This document shows, piece by piece, positions 36,073 through 49,662 of a DNA stretch of 64,000 nt. Origin of the DNA: a virus; the IMG/VR virus record IMGVR_UViG_3300010883_007299, positions 32,474 to 96,473 of that record; one strand, written 5' to 3'. The notes under the pieces were generated by a model. The model was not told the origin of the DNA. It ran no database searches and saw nothing but the letters and a program-made list of their open reading frames with translations. The position numbers were made by a program, and so were the translations under genes. The first letter of the stretch is position 1; every line of letters starts with the position of its first letter.

Positions 36073-39000
36073 TATGTCGCCAACGCTATTGCTCTAAAAT
36101 CTTTAAGAACAGGAGGCAAAGCACTATTAGTTCCTTGCATTACTATTTTAACAGCAAAAGATGTAAATTCATCTAAAGATTCTCCCAAACCATTTTCCTT
36201 CTTACCATCAAAATAAGTATACTCCTTAAAGTCACTTCTATTTTTTGAAACAGGTACTGCCTTATCTGGAGAACCATCAGTATTAAAATATGTCCAACCC
36301 ATATCTTCAAACGGAACAGAAGCATCAGCCCGTTGTATTTTATATAGTACCTTAATAGTAGATTCTGACATATTAATAGCATCAAAATATACTTTAAGAG
36401 CAGTAGCACCATTAGCTAATGAAATTTTCTTTGTAACATAAATAGCAACATTATTATCTCCCTGAGCTTCTGTAACATCTTTAAAATTACTTAAAGCTCC
36501 TATATCCGCTTTCGTATCTATCTTATTTAATCTTGAGCTTACACAAATAACTCCCATTCTTTGAGTATCTATAACAGGACTTAAATGATCTTGTGTTGAA
36601 TTTAATGTCATTGTATTTCTATAAGACTTATTACCAGACAATTCATTTGTTTCGTTAATTTGTGAAGCTATAAGTTTTGGATAATCCCAATAGTAATCAG
36701 CGTTTAGAGGAATGTCTATAGCATTGGATGTTGACAACCTAGAGTAAGCATTTTGTGTTGTAGAACTAACACTTCTAGCACTTGTAACTTGAACAGCAGA
36801 TGTTACCTTTGTATTAGGCAACTCCATAGTTTGTATAATAGGATGCATAACATCAGCAATAACGTTTTTCGTTATTTTAACATTATCACCACCAGCAGCC
36901 ACCGTTGCTGTTGCACCTGCTGAAGTTATTATAGTAAAAGAATCCACTTCTATATCAGAAAGAGCCGTGTGAGTTTTATTAATATCTATTAACGGAATAC
37001 CAGCAAACAAATAAAGTGCTACAATACTATCATTATCATGTGTATCTGCGGTAGTATTAGTACCATCACCATTAACTGTACCTCTTGTTAAACCTGTCAA
37101 TTCTGTTGTACCATTCTTACCAGTATAAGTAATAAGTTCATTATCAATCCTTACTGTACCTGTTGTCGGGAAATTACTTACATCATCACAAGTAGCAGTA
37201 ACATCTCCAGTCGATAAAGAACCATTTAATGCTGTATTGCCAATATCAGATTTAACCCCAGCAATTATAACGTTACTATCAACATCTGTATTTCCATGGT
37301 TCAAGAAATTAATCTTAACCTTTTGTATTGCTGTAGGTACAGTAATACTTACAGTTGGATCCGATGTGTAGCCTGCACCTCCAGTATCTACTGTTATAGC
37401 AGTCACAACTCCGCCAACAATTGTTGCAGTAGCTGTTGCATCTGTAGTAGCACCACCCCCAGTTATTGTTACTGTAGGAGCTGAAGTATATTCTGTACCA
37501 CCACCAACCACTGTTATGGCTGTAACCACACCACCACCCTGTGCAGCAGTAGCTGTTGCTGTAACACCTTCTAACGACTCTATTGGATTGTTAGGTAGAG
37601 TTGGAATTAATCCATTACCATCATCAACATCTTCTGTCATTTCTACATTATGAACTACAACAGTAGCGTTTTTGGTAATATCGAATTTAGCTCGTCTTAA
37701 TGTGAATTTTAAATCTTCATATTGTGATGCAGTCCATGTAGAAGCGTTCTGTGACTTGAACAATGAACCCAGTGTTGGTTGTGTAGAAATAGCTCTTGAA
37801 CCACCAATATCCAATTCTCCCAATCTAGATATCCATACTTTATAATTTGGAGAGTGTGAAGCAACTACAAGAGCATACTCCTGTCCTTCTTGTAAATAAA
37901 CAAGTCCATTAAAACTAAATTTTGTAGCAGTTGTTCCATCTGTAGGATTCACACCTACCTCAGAAGATTCTAAAGATGTTTTGGAGAATGGCAAAATTTC
38001 CTGTGAAGGATATCCATTCTTAACTGTTCTAACTTCCATCCATACAGGTAAGGTATCATCTTTATGTGAAAAGTATAAATCACAACTGCTCAGGAAAATA
38101 CCACCAGTCTTTTCACACATAATTGTTTGTGCTAATGGATCAAACCAAGCACCAACATTTTCTCCTCCACCAGATTGTCTTTGAACAGTTCTAGCTTCTT
38201 GTACAGCTGCAGTACCTATCTGTCCATTTCTAGTAGCAAGAATAAGTTCCTGTTTAGTCTGTTTATGACCTATGGCCAAGTAAGTAGTTTCTGCTGAAGT
38301 ATTAACAAATCCTCCAATCTGACTATTAGTATCACTATCAGTTAATCGAAACATTCTACGGCCAACTCGGAATCTTTTTGTATCGGTATTGGGTACTTTA
38401 AAACGTCCTTCCAATCTTCCTAATTCATCTGTAACCATTGCTGTTCCATAAGTCTGATTACTTACCGGAGTTGCACCTGCTAACCAGTTTTGTGGCTCAT
38501 CATATTGATTACCTGTATTTCTTGTTACACCAGTAAATGTTGTAGCAGTTTTACCAGTATATGTCATCTGTTCCTGTTGTACAAAGCCTATACCAAAAGG
38601 ATTGATCTCTGTAGTATCTCCAATTCCTATAGTACCTGTATTTGGAAAACCTGTTGTAGATGTAACACTAACTGTTGTATCTGTTTTAGCTAAATTACCC
38701 GTCAGTATTGTATTAACAGCATTTATGCCTCTTGGTTTAACATCTATATTAACATCCACTTTATCAAAGAAAGCATAAACCCGTGTACTGGGTTTTAAAT
38801 TGGTAACACTAAAGTTTACATCTCTTGCTCGCATCCAAGGAACAATTTCAATATTAGTTACACGATCTCCAGCAGAAATATTATCAATACGTTCTACTAA
38901 TCGTGTTTCTGTTCCTGTTCTTGCCTGTCCCACCGTAGTAGAAAAGGTAGCATCCCAGGTTATATCCCTAATAAGGTTTCTTGCACCTCCACTACCATTT

Positions 39001-42000
39001 GCATTTGTTTCTCGTCTACTACCTCCACCTCCTGACTGTACAGTGGCACCTGTCCACGTATCATTCCAGGAATTCCAAATAGTACCTAAAGCACCAGCTT
39101 CTCTAGCTTCTCGTAACAACTGTTCGTAGTTACCTTCAACATTAATCGTTAGTGATGGAATTCTATCATCTGCCATCCACACATCTGTTTCTGGTTCTAG
39201 TCTTAAATGTCCAACCCATTCAATAACACTATATGGGTTAACACTCTCAACTCTACTTGCATAAATTTGTTCTGTCTGTACTATTTCAGAATAAGGAAGA
39301 GTAATTAAATCTCCTGTTTTTATATAGTGGTCACTTGTTCTAGCTGTATCTGTGGTATTTTCTTCAATAAGGTCCACAAACTGTTGTACACCTACAGGAC
39401 GTAAGTGACCTTTACCTGGATCAACAGAAACGGAATAATCTTCATGCATAATATTCCCTACATTATGACCATAAAAATTATCAACTATAAATCCAGACTT
39501 AAATCTATTAAGTCCATCAGCATCCAAAATCATATAAGAATCTGTTTCTCTTTCTAACAGACCAAGTGTTGTTGAATATTCTAGTTTGGCAATTCTCCTT
39601 TCAAGTTTGCCAATGTCTTTCATTGTATAACCTTTATTATTAATATACTCAACGTGTATGTCTGTAGGATCATATGTATATGGTAAAATTTCCAATCTAG
39701 CAATTAACATATTGAGATTATCTATTGATGGAAATGGAGGAGTTTCTCCAGGTATTCCTGATTGTAATGAAAAATTTCCATTTCTATCAAGTAATAACAA
39801 ATCTCTACGGCCGAGATAGAAGTCATAATCCAATGTTATGTTTCCATCTGGTTCTACCATGTTACCATTTACTGATCCAGCATCTTCAAAATTCTTCATT
39901 ATGAAAGCAAAAGGACTAGATGTAAGTGATCCAGCTTGTGGTTGATCTTTTACTCTTGGTCTAAAATCTAATGCATCTCTTAATTCATATTGACCAACAG
40001 GAGCTCTAGATTCTGGGTCTACTTTAGAAGCAACATATCTAGGAATATTTCCATAGTCTACTTGACCTGTATAAGAGTCAACAGAAAAATAATCACCTGT
40101 ACCATGTGTAAAATAATCAAACACCGCTAGTAATTGTCCGGCCGGCGTTTGTGCATTTGGTTTTCTAACTAGTCTACCAATATCATAATAGGAATCTCGT
40201 TGGCCTGTGTCTAACAAAAAACTAGTAAGTATATTTCTATCACCAACAGTGGTCTCTGTCACTTTAGCTGTATATGCTGTAGTGCCACCAGTAATTATAT
40301 CTAGTGTAGTAAATGTTCCAGAAATACCAACATACTTCATCACTCCAGCAACAAGAGAAATAATACGACCTATAGCATCACTATTGCTACCTGTAATAAG
40401 TTCTCCTGCAATTAATACTCCAGTAGCATCTGTAATCGTTAATGTTGGAGTTACTGGTGTTGTACCAATAGCTGTTGATTCATATACAGCGTGTAACTTG
40501 TGAACGTCTGCATATGATAGTGAAAGTTCTTTATCACCAACTCTTTCTCCATAAATATCTGGATATGCAGCAGCAATAACTTTTTCTGTCATCTTCTGTG
40601 CGGCTTTAGTTCTATGGGTAGCTTGTGAAGCATTTATAGTGGCCATCAATTCCACATCTGTATTTGGACCCATAACAGTCGCATCAGCAATTTCTAAAGT
40701 AATTGTTCCAGAACCTGTAGCTGTCGATGAAATATCTACAACATCTCCTTGGAGTGCTGAACCACTTGGTGAAGAATCAACCACAGTTAATGTGAAATTT
40801 CTTCCCAAAGAAGGAGATGCCCACGATTCTCCTGCAGCCAAAGTAAATGTAGCTACACCAGCAGCTGTTGATGTTGTTCTAAATTGTTTTCTGTAAGAAT
40901 AATTTGTATCTGTATTAAGACCAATATCCAATAATGTCTTAACATCGGTTTTGGGCATTTTATAAACTAGTACAGTTTCTTCTTCTTCAGCAATTTTTCC
41001 TCTCAACCTTTTCATTGATGAAGAAGTAAGAGCATTACTTAAAGCTGAATCTATTTCAATTCCAGTATTACCTGTTTTAGTAACAACTCGTCTTTCCTCT
41101 TGAGCAGCAGCTACACCACTTGGGAAAGCAACAATATCACCAACAACCAAATCACCACTAAACTCTGTATTATTACCAGTAATAGTTGTACCACTTCCAG
41201 AATAAGTAACTTGGCCACCTAATGTTCCAATTTGATCCATATTAACATCAGCAGTATAATCTAAACCTGTAGATGTATCCATAAAGAGCGACCTTACATC
41301 TTTAGAGAAACTTTTGCTTGATGTGGATACTATTGTGCCTATAGCATTATCTGATGTGACACTACTAGTAAAATTTTCGCCAGGTAAAAAATCACCTGTT
41401 ACTTGCATAAGTTGAAATTCTGTTGCGCCCGAAATAGCAGCAACAACCACACCCGTAGCACCACTACTTGAACCTGTTACTACTGCATGAGCTGATAGTG
41501 TTGAATTAGTAGAAACTGTAACAGTATGGAACATAGTAAGATCAAAAAGATAATGATAAAATACTGCTGCAGTAGCACCAGTATGTGTTCCTATAGTTCC
41601 AGTATTATATTCAAAAGCTCTTGATCTAGCATAACCAGTCCAAGCACCAGAAGGTGTTCCTCTAGTTACTGTTCGTTGGTCATATAATTTTACTTCCTTA
41701 AATGGGTCTAAAATAGAACCATCTTCTGTAAGGTCTGGTTGATTAAAAACATTTTGTACTTTTACATAGTTACCCATATTAAAAGGTATAGAATCATTTT
41801 GAACATTTTGTGTTGTTCTAGATTTATCCATCTCCACAATGGTGGGTGCTTGAATGTCTATTTCATATCCATCCACATAAGCTTTACCCGATCCAACAAC
41901 CAAAGCAATTTTAGATTCTAATCCGCCTTGTGTAGTTGTGTAAATGCCTCTATTAGTTCCATCATTAAAATGTTCTCTAGATTCAATATCAAAATGATTT

Positions 42001-42932
42001 ACTATATAATTTCCAGACTCGTCATTAGTTCGTCTAGCAATCATATCAGCAACTATACTATACTCTGTATACTTAAGCCGTTTTACAATTTTACCTTCTT
42101 CTACTCTAGCCAATTCTACAAAATTAGAATCAGCTGTATCCGTTAAAGCTTTCTTCGTAAGAGTAAGACTTATCTGAAATCTATGGGCTCCTTTAGCCGC
42201 ATAGTTAGTTGTGCCTTGTGCATTGTCAACAAGTTCAGAATCTGCTTCAGGTGTAACTAATGTTTCGGCTATCTCCCAACCAACACGAAAACTAACATTA
42301 GTAGAATACTTGTCCAGTATAACAGTCTGCAAAGTATTCTTTACCATAAAACCACGAATAAAATATATACCTTCTAATACTGTAACAGCACTACCTGTAA
42401 AGGTTGCACTGGTAGCTTCTAATTGTGCAGATGCAGTTCCAGAAGTGTGAGAAGAAATAACTTTATTAGCAGTGATATATTCACCATCAGAAAAAGTTAT
42501 TTGTGAATTATCAACTGTGCTCGAACCCAAATACTTTACAAACAACGTATCTGGTTCATCTGTGGTAGAATCTGCTTTTGAATAGTTTATAACCTGTGCG
42601 GTAATTCCAGATGTTGCACCTGTAATAATAGAACCCACATATTGGTCAATATAATCACTAACTGTTCCTGCACCAATTCCTGTAGATGACGCTTGCAACC
42701 TAACAGCAAAATACTTATCATCATAACCAACACTGCCTGGTATAACAATAGTGCCTTCTTTAAAGACATGGTTACCAAATTGTTCTATTTGGTTTTGTAG
42801 AATTGTTTGTAGTTGTGTTAATTCTCTTGCCTGTACAGCAAATCCTGGACGAAATAAAATACGATAAAAATTATCAGTATCTGCAAAATCGTCCCAATAA
42901 GGAGTTACATTAAAATCAGTTTTGGCTGGCAT
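36072..42932 (-). CDS. VrlC-like/DUF4815 large baseplate-associated structural protein
   Basis: PYWDDF...[28 protein letters not shown]-terminus, [26 protein letters not shown] and [19 protein letters not shown]. Confidence 0.9.
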   Translation of the reverse strand: MPAKTDFNVTPYWDDFADTDNFYRILFRPGFAVQARELTQLQTILQNQIEQFGNHVFKEGTIVIPGSVGYDDKYFAVRLQASSTGIGAGTVSDYIDQYVGSIITGATSGITAQVINYSKADSTTDEPDTLFVKYLGSSTVDNSQITFSDGEYITANKVISSHTSGTASAQLEATSATFTGSAVTVLEGIYFIRGFMVKNTLQTVILDKYSTNVSFRVGWEIAETLVTPEADSELVDNAQGTTNYAAKGAHRFQISLTLTKKALTDTADSNFVELARVEEGKIVKRLKYTEYSIVADMIARRTNDESGNYIVNHFDIESREHFNDGTNRGIYTTTQGGLESKIALVVGSGKAYVDGYEIDIQAPTIVEMDKSRTTQNVQNDSIPFNMGNYVKVQNVFNQPDLTEDGSILDPFKEVKLYDQRTVTRGTPSGAWTGYARSRAFEYNTGTIGTHTGATAAVFYHYLFDLTMFHTVTVSTNSTLSAHAVVTGSSSGATGVVVAAISGATEFQLMQVTGDFLPGENFTSSVTSDNAIGTIVSTSSKSFSKDVRSLFMDTSTGLDYTADVNMDQIGTLGGQVTYSGSGTTITGNNTEFSGDLVVGDIVAFPSGVAAAQEERRVVTKTGNTGIEIDSALSNALTSSSMKRLRGKIAEEEETVLVYKMPKTDVKTLLDIGLNTDTNYSYRKQFRTTSTAAGVATFTLAAGESWASPSLGRNFTLTVVDSSPSGSALQGDVVDISSTATGSGTITLEIADATVMGPNTDVELMATINASQATHRTKAAQKMTEKVIAAAYPDIYGERVGDKELSLSYADVHKLHAVYESTAIGTTPVTPTLTITDATGVLIAGELITGSNSDAIGRIISLVAGVMKYVGISGTFTTLDIITGGTTAYTAKVTETTVGDRNILTSFLLDTGQRDSYYDIGRLVRKPNAQTPAGQLLAVFDYFTHGTGDYFSVDSYTGQVDYGNIPRYVASKVDPESRAPVGQYELRDALDFRPRVKDQPQAGSLTSSPFAFIMKNFEDAGSVNGNMVEPDGNITLDYDFYLGRRDLLLLDRNGNFSLQSGIPGETPPFPSIDNLNMLIARLEILPYTYDPTDIHVEYINNKGYTMKDIGKLERRIAKLEYSTTLGLLERETDSYMILDADGLNRFKSGFIVDNFYGHNVGNIMHEDYSVSVDPGKGHLRPVGVQQFVDLIEENTTDTARTSDHYIKTGDLITLPYSEIVQTEQIYASRVESVNPYSVIEWVGHLRLEPETDVWMADDRIPSLTINVEGNYEQLLREAREAGALGTIWNSWNDTWTGATVQSGGGGSRRETNANGSGGARNLIRDITWDATFSTTVGQARTGTETRLVERIDNISAGDRVTNIEIVPWMRARDVNFSVTNLKPSTRVYAFFDKVDVNIDVKPRGINAVNTILTGNLAKTDTTVSVTSTTGFPNTGTIGIGDTTEINPFGIGFVQQEQMTYTGKTATTFTGVTRNTGNQYDEPQNWLAGATPVSNQTYGTAMVTDELGRLEGRFKVPNTDTKRFRVGRRMFRLTDSDTNSQIGGFVNTSAETTYLAIGHKQTKQELILATRNGQIGTAAVQEARTVQRQSGGGENVGAWFDPLAQTIMCEKTGGIFLSSCDLYFSHKDDTLPVWMEVRTVKNGYPSQEILPFSKTSLESSEVGVNPTDGTTATKFSFNGLVYLQEGQEYALVVASHSPNYKVWISRLGELDIGGSRAISTQPTLGSLFKSQNASTWTASQYEDLKFTLRRAKFDITKNATVVVHNVEMTEDVDDGNGLIPTLPNNPIESLEGVTATATAAQGGGVVTAITVVGGGTEYTSAPTVTITGGGATTDATATATIVGGVVTAITVDTGGAGYTSDPTVSITVPTAIQKVKINFLNHGNTDVDSNVIIAGVKSDIGNTALNGSLSTGDVTATCDDVSNFPTTGTVRIDNELITYTGKNGTTELTGLTRGTVNGDGTNTTADTHDNDSIVALYLFAGIPLIDINKTHTALSDIEVDSFTIITSAGATATVAAGGDNVKITKNVIADVMHPIIQTMELPNTKVTSAVQVTSARSVSSTTQNAYSRLSTSNAIDIPLNADYYWDYPKLIASQINETNELSGNKSYRNTMTLNSTQDHLSPVIDTQRMGVICVSSRLNKIDTKADIGALSNFKDVTEAQGDNNVAIYVTKKISLANGATALKVYFDAINMSESTIKVLYKIQRADASVPFEDMGWTYFNTDGSPDKAVPVSKNRSDFKEYTYFDGKKENGLGESLDEFTSFAVKIVMQGTNSALPPVLKDFRAIALAT

Positions 42933-42942
42933 ATTTTATACT

Positions 42943-44355
42943 CTAAAATTCTATGATTAACTTTATGTTTTCTGTTTGGTCTGCAGCCCTAGTAATGGGT
43001 GCTCTATTTTCAACATATATTACATCACCAGAATAAAAATCAATTTCTGGAGATGCGAGAGTATCTATATCTCCCGTAGCAGAACTTGTTGATGTAATAC
43101 TTTCATTTGTTTGGAACTCTACTAGATTACCAAAACCAACACCAATGGTTGTTGATACTCCAGTCCACTGTGTTTGTGCATACTTTAAAACTCTACTTGT
43201 TGAATCCCAATGTACAACAACTCCTCTAGCGCCTGATGTTCCTCCAGCAATTACTTCGTCTATAACAAATGATCCAGGTGTTGGTGAAGTTTTTAATGTC
43301 ATACTTTTTAAACCACTTAAAGTATCAGATGTAGAAACAGTCACACTTCCATAGTTATAAGGATTTCTTACTAAACCAATTCGTCTAAAATCCTGGTCTA
43401 CAATAAAGTCTCCAGAACCAGCGGTACCTGCAATTGATGTATTTGTAATTACAAAGAATCCACCCAATTCTTTAGTTGCATCAGAACCATGACCTCCTTT
43501 TGGAGAAATCATTGGAACTATAACTGCACTTGTTGATGGTGACCCAACACCACTAATTTCATCTATAGATAAATCTGCAAAAGTATATCCTGAACCAGCA
43601 TCAACTGGTACTATTGATGTAACAGAGTTACCACTTACTGTAACATTAAATGTTGCATTTGTTGTTCCATCACCTTTAACTATCTGAGAAGTATAAGTGC
43701 CGTTGTTATAACCCGCACCACCATTAGCAATAATATAGTGTCTGATTTCTCCCTGTACAGCAACAGCTGATACTGTGCTATCTGTATGTACTGGCATAAA
43801 GTCTGTTGTTAGAAAATCTGTAATTTCTGTAGTGGTTAATGTATACATATATTTCCACACATAACCATCCGCAGTAGATAGTTCAGCAGTACCTGTGCCG
43901 GAAGGTTCTTGTGTAGATGCAGTACCACCATCGTTCCACAAACATTTATAAACGTTATTTTCAGAATTTAAAACCCACATCCTTGAAGTGGCTGCAAATG
44001 GATCTATACTACCATTAACTGTTCTTATTACTGCAGCGTTAACCGTTTCGCCATAATCTCCTCTGTACATATCATATACAGTACCCGTTACCCAATTATG
44101 TCGAGTAATCGCAAAAGATATGGCACTAGCTGTTATGCGTTTTGCGGCAAACATATCCCTAAAATACATACGTTCATCATTAACGTTGTCTAAAGGGGTT
44201 GGAGGAGAAGCATCTGTTCCACCTCCTGTTGATGCTGAATAGGGTTGGTGCCTACCCACAAAAAGGTAATATTTTGTAGAAGCAGTTTCACTAAATGATT
44301 CGTGGAACTGTTCAGCATTATTAAGTCTAAAGTTATTTGTAATTATAGCTGCCAT
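42943..44355 (-). CDS. gp8: Baseplate wedge subunit
   Basis: MAAIITNNFRLNNA, NVYKCL.N, DGYVWKYMY, PKGGHG and SGDVIYVENR.PI.RA.DQTENIKLIIEF. Confidence 0.9.
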   Translation of the reverse strand: MAAIITNNFRLNNAEQFHESFSETASTKYYLFVGRHQPYSASTGGGTDASPPTPLDNVNDERMYFRDMFAAKRITASAISFAITRHNWVTGTVYDMYRGDYGETVNAAVIRTVNGSIDPFAATSRMWVLNSENNVYKCLWNDGGTASTQEPSGTGTAELSTADGYVWKYMYTLTTTEITDFLTTDFMPVHTDSTVSAVAVQGEIRHYIIANGGAGYNNGTYTSQIVKGDGTTNATFNVTVSGNSVTSIVPVDAGSGYTFADLSIDEISGVGSPSTSAVIVPMISPKGGHGSDATKELGGFFVITNTSIAGTAGSGDFIVDQDFRRIGLVRNPYNYGSVTVSTSDTLSGLKSMTLKTSPTPGSFVIDEVIAGGTSGARGVVVHWDSTSRVLKYAQTQWTGVSTTIGVGFGNLVEFQTNESITSTSSATGDIDTLASPEIDFYSGDVIYVENRAPITRAADQTENIKLIIEF

Positions 44356-44385
44356 AGCATTTTTTCCTGATTATAGTATCTCTAT

Positions 44386-44393
44386 TATTTATA
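44386..44393 (-). promoter_or_regulatory. T4-type late promoter TATAAATA
   Basis: Exact consensus upstream of gp8. Confidence 0.7.
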
Positions 44394-44400
44394 AGACTTA

Positions 44401-47400
44401 TTAGGACTTATAAATCATTACTTCGCTTGGAGGACTAATATTATTTTTGTATTCTGGATGATTGATAAGATTATCCAAAGTTATATCTTGTCCATATTGG
44501 TCTTTCACCCAATCTTTAATTCTATACCCAGTAGTAGTATCTTGTTTAGGCACCCACTGTACAACATATACGCTATCTCCTGATGAATGAGGAGCCGCAG
44601 TCGAACTCATTGCACCTCTAGTTCCTGCTCCACTACAATCCAACACACCACCAACAGCACTAATATAATCTAGATATTCGTTACCTATCAGCACTGTACC
44701 CACACTTGGGAAACCAGTAGTATTACTAATTATAAAAGTTTCTACACTAGCATTAATATTACTTGGTAATGTTGCCAAAGGCATTAAGAATCTATACACT
44801 GGGTGTCCTCTAAATGTAAAAGATTCTGCATGGGATGTTTCTTGACTTGGTGCAAATTTGTAAGCATCTCCACTTCCATAATTAGGACTGAAGCCATAGA
44901 AAAGTCCGTTATCAGTAGTTCTCTGAGTGTGTATCCTAATATACATCTCATGTCTTAACGTGACATCTCTCTCACCTTCCAATCCATATACATTCATTAC
45001 TGTGGCCGTTGTTCCACTAGGCACACCTGTTATTGTATCAGCCGTGGTGAAGATTCCAGTATCCGGCCTATACGTTATAGTCCTTTGTCCAGAATCGTCT
45101 ACCAGGTCTGTTACAATCTGTCCTGTAGCGCCTGAAGAACTACCTGTGATAATATCTACTTCACCAAATATTCCTGTACCAGAGACCTCTAGTCTAGTAG
45201 CATAGTAAGGTTCGCCTGAAGGTTCATTTGCGGGCAACATTGGATTTGGGTTAAGTGGAATTTGGTCCGTAGTGCCCAAACGTCTACCAATAATATTAGC
45301 AAAGACAACTTTATACAATGCACCCAAAGCAACAACAGCAGTTTCCGAAATACTAGCAATTTTAGCAGTAGATTTAATTTTACTGGCAATATCTACTTGT
45401 CCAAATACAGCCCAACCGGCTGGGTGTACTGTAGATAACAAGTCATCTCTCCACTGAACAATAGATTGTGAAGCTTTTACAACATATGAAAAGTCTTGCC
45501 AATAGTAACTGTCTTGAATCTTTTTACTGGCTTCACTTATAAAACCTTTATCTGAAATATAACGACCAGATTTCTTAACTAGTGTTCCTGTAGATCCTGG
45601 TAGGTTAGTTCTTTTAAAGGAATGTACTGTAGCTGTTTTTCCAGAAGAATCTCCTTCTATTGTTTCCCCCACATCAAATGATCTAGCACCCAACCAGCTA
45701 ACTTTAAAAACACCTATATCATTATTTTGAGAAAGAATTTTAGCAGTAGAACCTGAAGTTAATCCTCTTAGTGTTTCTTCAAAAGTAAAAATTCCAGAAA
45801 CATCAGTACACAATATATTAGTATTAGCTTGAAATAATATATCATCATTGGTATAATGTGAACCGTGCATAACCATTTGTATGCCAGCAATATTACCGAC
45901 ATTTGTACCTATAGCTTTAACTAATCCAGAACCACTTGGTAGTGATAGTGTCGGTAATGATGTATAACCAAATCCCTGGGAAGTTACTCTAATATCTGTA
46001 ATATCTCCTGTACCTGTTCCAATTTCTTGAACCATAGCATCACCGGTATAACTATCACCTCTTAAAGTTTCATCTTCCAATATAAATCTATCTGTACTGG
46101 ACATTCCCAAATCATCTTCATAGGCCATGTATATGTTTTCTGTATCTATTATTACTTTAACAGTATATCCATTAACAGAACCTCTTACAGTTTCTCCAAT
46201 AGCAAAAGAAGAAACTCCAGTTTTATTATATTGTACTACTTTAACATCTAATTGATTTCTAACAACATCACCTGTAGCTCCAGAATCAAGACCCGTTATC
46301 GTTTCTCCTATATCAAATGTTCCTGTTGGAATTTCATAAGAAAATTCAGACGTTTCAGAAAGAAATTCTCCAACTTCATTTTCTAAAGAGGATCTAAAAT
46401 TGCCAGTAAGACTATCATCCTCTGCACCAAATCCCCCATTAACAATTGATACTCTAGCAGCAAGGTTAATACCATTTGTATTTGTGTTATTAACAGTTAT
46501 AAGTTCACCACCTACATATCCAGAACCTCCATTATCAACAACAACATCTTTTATAGTTCCTGTTGAAAGTTCACTAATTCTAGCTGTACCAAAATCACCA
46601 GTGTTAGAAGTTATTGTAACCTTATCTTCTATATCATAATATTCACTTGTCTGAAAATCAGGATGATTTAAACCAGCATCTTTTGCAATTGGAACAACTT
46701 TAGCTTCTATTTCTGTTGTTTGGTCAATATTACTTAAACCTCTAATTGTTCTACCAGGCAAAAATGTTCCTTCAACGCTTTCACTATTTAAAACTAATTC
46801 TGTAACAAATTCTCCGCCAAAATTATATTTAAATAGTGTATCAACAACAGCATTAGTACCGTCTGCTGAAGCTTGTGTTATTACCTGTCCTACAAGTTGT
46901 GAGAAATCAGCTAAACCTGTTACAGTATCCTCTAACACAATATTAGTGCCATCTTCAAATTCTAAAAGCTCTTCTATAGCAAGATAAGAATTTTCACCAA
47001 CCAACAAATCATTTTTTTGTATTACTGTTACTATAGTATCTTCAGACCAAACACCATCAGAAACCCTATATAGATTTTTTGTTGGGTACTCAATTTCAAC
47101 TTCTTCTCCCAAAAGAATTCTAAAGAATAGTTTATGACCCAATTTAGTACCTTTGGCTCTATAAAGGTCTTTAATATGTTTCAAAAGTGTTTTATGATCC
47201 AAACCCGTAATTAATTTTTTGGGTATGCTTCTCATAAAAGAATCTTTAAATTGTATAAAGAAAGAATCTATAGTTTCATCAACATCACTATACTCTAAAA
47301 GGTCTTGTACATTTTGTACCGGGTTAGCTGTATAGTTTGTTATAAACCCAGTTGCACCAGAACTCTGGCCTACAATTTGTTCTCCCAAAACAAATTTATT

Positions 47401-47769
47401 TTGTGAAGATATAAACAAACGAGAATTGGAGTTTATATCTTCAACTTTAATAACTGCTGTTGCTTTAGAAGTTTGACCAATAATGGTTTCAGTATTTACA
47501 AAAGCTCCATTTGGAGTATCTTCTGCAAGAATTCTATTTGACTGATCTGTTCTATAGAAGTTTTTATCCTCTAAAAGTAAAAGATTAGTAGAACCTTCTT
47601 CAGTTAAAAGAGCACCTTTAGAACCTAAATTTACTAATGTAAGTTCTGCTGATTCCAAAAATTCATAATACGTCTTTAAAAATTCCACAAATATAGGATG
47701 GTCGCCCGACACAAACTCGGGAACCATACTAGGTACATGAACAGAAATTTTATTTTTTAAAGTTGCCAT
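44401..47769 (-). CDS. gp7: Baseplate wedge initiator
   Basis: PEFV..DHP.FVEFLKTYYEF, IKDLY.AKGT, IQDSYYWQDFSY and VHPAG; lies between gp6 and gp8. Confidence 0.85.
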   Translation of the reverse strand: MATLKNKISVHVPSMVPEFVSGDHPIFVEFLKTYYEFLESAELTLVNLGSKGALLTEEGSTNLLLLEDKNFYRTDQSNRILAEDTPNGAFVNTETIIGQTSKATAVIKVEDINSNSRLFISSQNKFVLGEQIVGQSSGATGFITNYTANPVQNVQDLLEYSDVDETIDSFFIQFKDSFMRSIPKKLITGLDHKTLLKHIKDLYRAKGTKLGHKLFFRILLGEEVEIEYPTKNLYRVSDGVWSEDTIVTVIQKNDLLVGENSYLAIEELLEFEDGTNIVLEDTVTGLADFSQLVGQVITQASADGTNAVVDTLFKYNFGGEFVTELVLNSESVEGTFLPGRTIRGLSNIDQTTEIEAKVVPIAKDAGLNHPDFQTSEYYDIEDKVTITSNTGDFGTARISELSTGTIKDVVVDNGGSGYVGGELITVNNTNTNGINLAARVSIVNGGFGAEDDSLTGNFRSSLENEVGEFLSETSEFSYEIPTGTFDIGETITGLDSGATGDVVRNQLDVKVVQYNKTGVSSFAIGETVRGSVNGYTVKVIIDTENIYMAYEDDLGMSSTDRFILEDETLRGDSYTGDAMVQEIGTGTGDITDIRVTSQGFGYTSLPTLSLPSGSGLVKAIGTNVGNIAGIQMVMHGSHYTNDDILFQANTNILCTDVSGIFTFEETLRGLTSGSTAKILSQNNDIGVFKVSWLGARSFDVGETIEGDSSGKTATVHSFKRTNLPGSTGTLVKKSGRYISDKGFISEASKKIQDSYYWQDFSYVVKASQSIVQWRDDLLSTVHPAGWAVFGQVDIASKIKSTAKIASISETAVVALGALYKVVFANIIGRRLGTTDQIPLNPNPMLPANEPSGEPYYATRLEVSGTGIFGEVDIITGSSSGATGQIVTDLVDDSGQRTITYRPDTGIFTTADTITGVPSGTTATVMNVYGLEGERDVTLRHEMYIRIHTQRTTDNGLFYGFSPNYGSGDAYKFAPSQETSHAESFTFRGHPVYRFLMPLATLPSNINASVETFIISNTTGFPSVGTVLIGNEYLDYISAVGGVLDCSGAGTRGAMSSTAAPHSSGDSVYVVQWVPKQDTTTGYRIKDWVKDQYGQDITLDNLINHPEYKNNISPPSEVMIYKS

Positions 47770-49661
47770 TAATTATAAGAGGTTGTTGTGGAGTATTGTG
47801 TGCCGCCATCAGAAGAACCTGCAGCTATAATATCAGTTTTTCCTGAAACATATATATTAATATTGTCTATTTCTAATACTTGGTTTCTTACAGGCACAAT
47901 ATCATTAGATGATGGTTTTGTTGTAATGCGAATTTCTGTTTGTGTTAATCCGTCATAAGTTATAACAGAACCAAAATTCTCTTTTGTTATAACTATTTTT
48001 CCAAGTCCGTAATCTACTGTTCCTATTGGTGACGCTTTATAAACTTTATTGCTACTTGAAATATAAAATGCGTTTAAATTTCCTTTTCCATCATCTTCTA
48101 AATAATAGTTATTAGTATCTCCTGTAAAGGTAAAGGGAGTTGAAGATACAACTCCACTAGATTCTATACCAGATGAAGCATCCAAATATCCTTCATAAGG
48201 ATGGTAGAAAGCATTATTAAATTCTATTGTATATTGAGAAGCTGAACCAATAGCCGGCTTAAAAACTTTGCTCATAGTGATAGTTGAAATGTTAGAAAGA
48301 ATAGCAGTATCAGCTTCATCTACCAATTGCACAAAAGGAGAATATCTAAATAACGCTTCGTGTTTTTCTAAATTATTATTTGACCAATTTTTAATATTAG
48401 TTTTAATAATTGTACTAATATCTTCTGAACTTTTATCTGTTACAGAATCATTAAATTTAAAATTAACATTAGGTATAATCTTTGTTATTTCTGGAGCCAG
48501 TACTACTGGAGTAATAGATGCAACATTATAATTTTGTAACTGTGTAATAATATCTAATTTTGCACCTTCTGTTAAATTATAACCCGACTTTGTTTTAATA
48601 CTAATAAACACTTTACCATAAACAGCTGGACTAGCAAACTCTCCACCCCACACCGCTATAGATTCTACATTAGGATATATTTTTGGAACTATCACCGCAT
48701 AATCTTTTGCAGTAACAGCTCTGTTCTGTGCAGCATAACTGAATGGTGCATTATATTTAATAGATTCATCATTTTCTTTAGTTGCACCTCCAGAAGAAAC
48801 ACTCATAGTTGTTATTGTAATATTATGAAACCCACTAATACTAGCTGATGGTGAAAACACATTAGCCCCATTAGCCTCTGTAACATTTGTAATTATATAT
48901 TTCAAAATTACAATATTGCCATCCTCAAGAGCTCTACCAACCACATCGTCCCCAAAATAAATCTCCCAATTATTATCTACAGTCTCTTGGCAAAAATATG
49001 TTGTTGTGTCTGATTTAATACTAACTAAAGAATCTGCTTTAGTATATGTTAATGTTAAAGGATCCGATGAACTATTTTGTATTAAAACTTTTAAACTAGA
49101 AAGATCAGCATTTTTATTTGGTATAATATATCGTTGGTCTACATCAGATGTGTTTACTGTATATTCTGTTGTTGTCCAAGTACCTTCGTAAATTGGAATA
49201 CCAGATGCCGATCCAAATACATATTGTCCTGCTATTGGGTTAACTGTTCTATCTTCTATATTAACAAATTGATAATCCACTCCATTAATAGCAGTGGAGA
49301 AAACATAACCCTCTGGTAAAGTTACTGTTGAAGTATTTGCATCATTAATTTCTATCTTGATGTTAGCAGTAGGAGCTTTTACTGATGTTGGTGTATATCC
49401 CAAAGCCTTAGCATGAGAAGTCACAGAGTTTCTTTTCTGTGCAGTATCTAGGAACATTTCATTAGCCAACATATTTGTATAAAATGCATTATAGTGAGTA
49501 TTGTAGGCTAAAACATCTAACAAAATATTCATACCAGAACCTTCAAAATCATAGTCAGTAAAATTTGACTGTCCCTTTAAATAGGTTTTTAGATTAGATT
49601 TAATATCATCAAAATCTAATCCAGTGATTTCCATTTTTCCTTTTGTTGTTAATCCGGCCAT
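47769..49661 (-). CDS. gp6: Baseplate wedge subunit
   Basis: LDFDDIK.NLK.YL...FTDYDFEGSGMNILLDVLAYNTHYNA and AQNRAVTAKDY. Confidence 0.93.
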   Translation of the reverse strand: MAGLTTKGKMEITGLDFDDIKSNLKTYLKGQSNFTDYDFEGSGMNILLDVLAYNTHYNAFYTNMLANEMFLDTAQKRNSVTSHAKALGYTPTSVKAPTANIKIEINDANTSTVTLPEGYVFSTAINGVDYQFVNIEDRTVNPIAGQYVFGSASGIPIYEGTWTTTEYTVNTSDVDQRYIIPNKNADLSSLKVLIQNSSSDPLTLTYTKADSLVSIKSDTTTYFCQETVDNNWEIYFGDDVVGRALEDGNIVILKYIITNVTEANGANVFSPSASISGFHNITITTMSVSSGGATKENDESIKYNAPFSYAAQNRAVTAKDYAVIVPKIYPNVESIAVWGGEFASPAVYGKVFISIKTKSGYNLTEGAKLDIITQLQNYNVASITPVVLAPEITKIIPNVNFKFNDSVTDKSSEDISTIIKTNIKNWSNNNLEKHEALFRYSPFVQLVDEADTAILSNISTITMSKVFKPAIGSASQYTIEFNNAFYHPYEGYLDASSGIESSGVVSSTPFTFTGDTNNYYLEDDGKGNLNAFYISSSNKVYKASPIGTVDYGLGKIVITKENFGSVITYDGLTQTEIRITTKPSSNDIVPVRNQVLEIDNINIYVSGKTDIIAAGSSDGGTQYSTTTSYN

Positions 49662-49662
49662 T

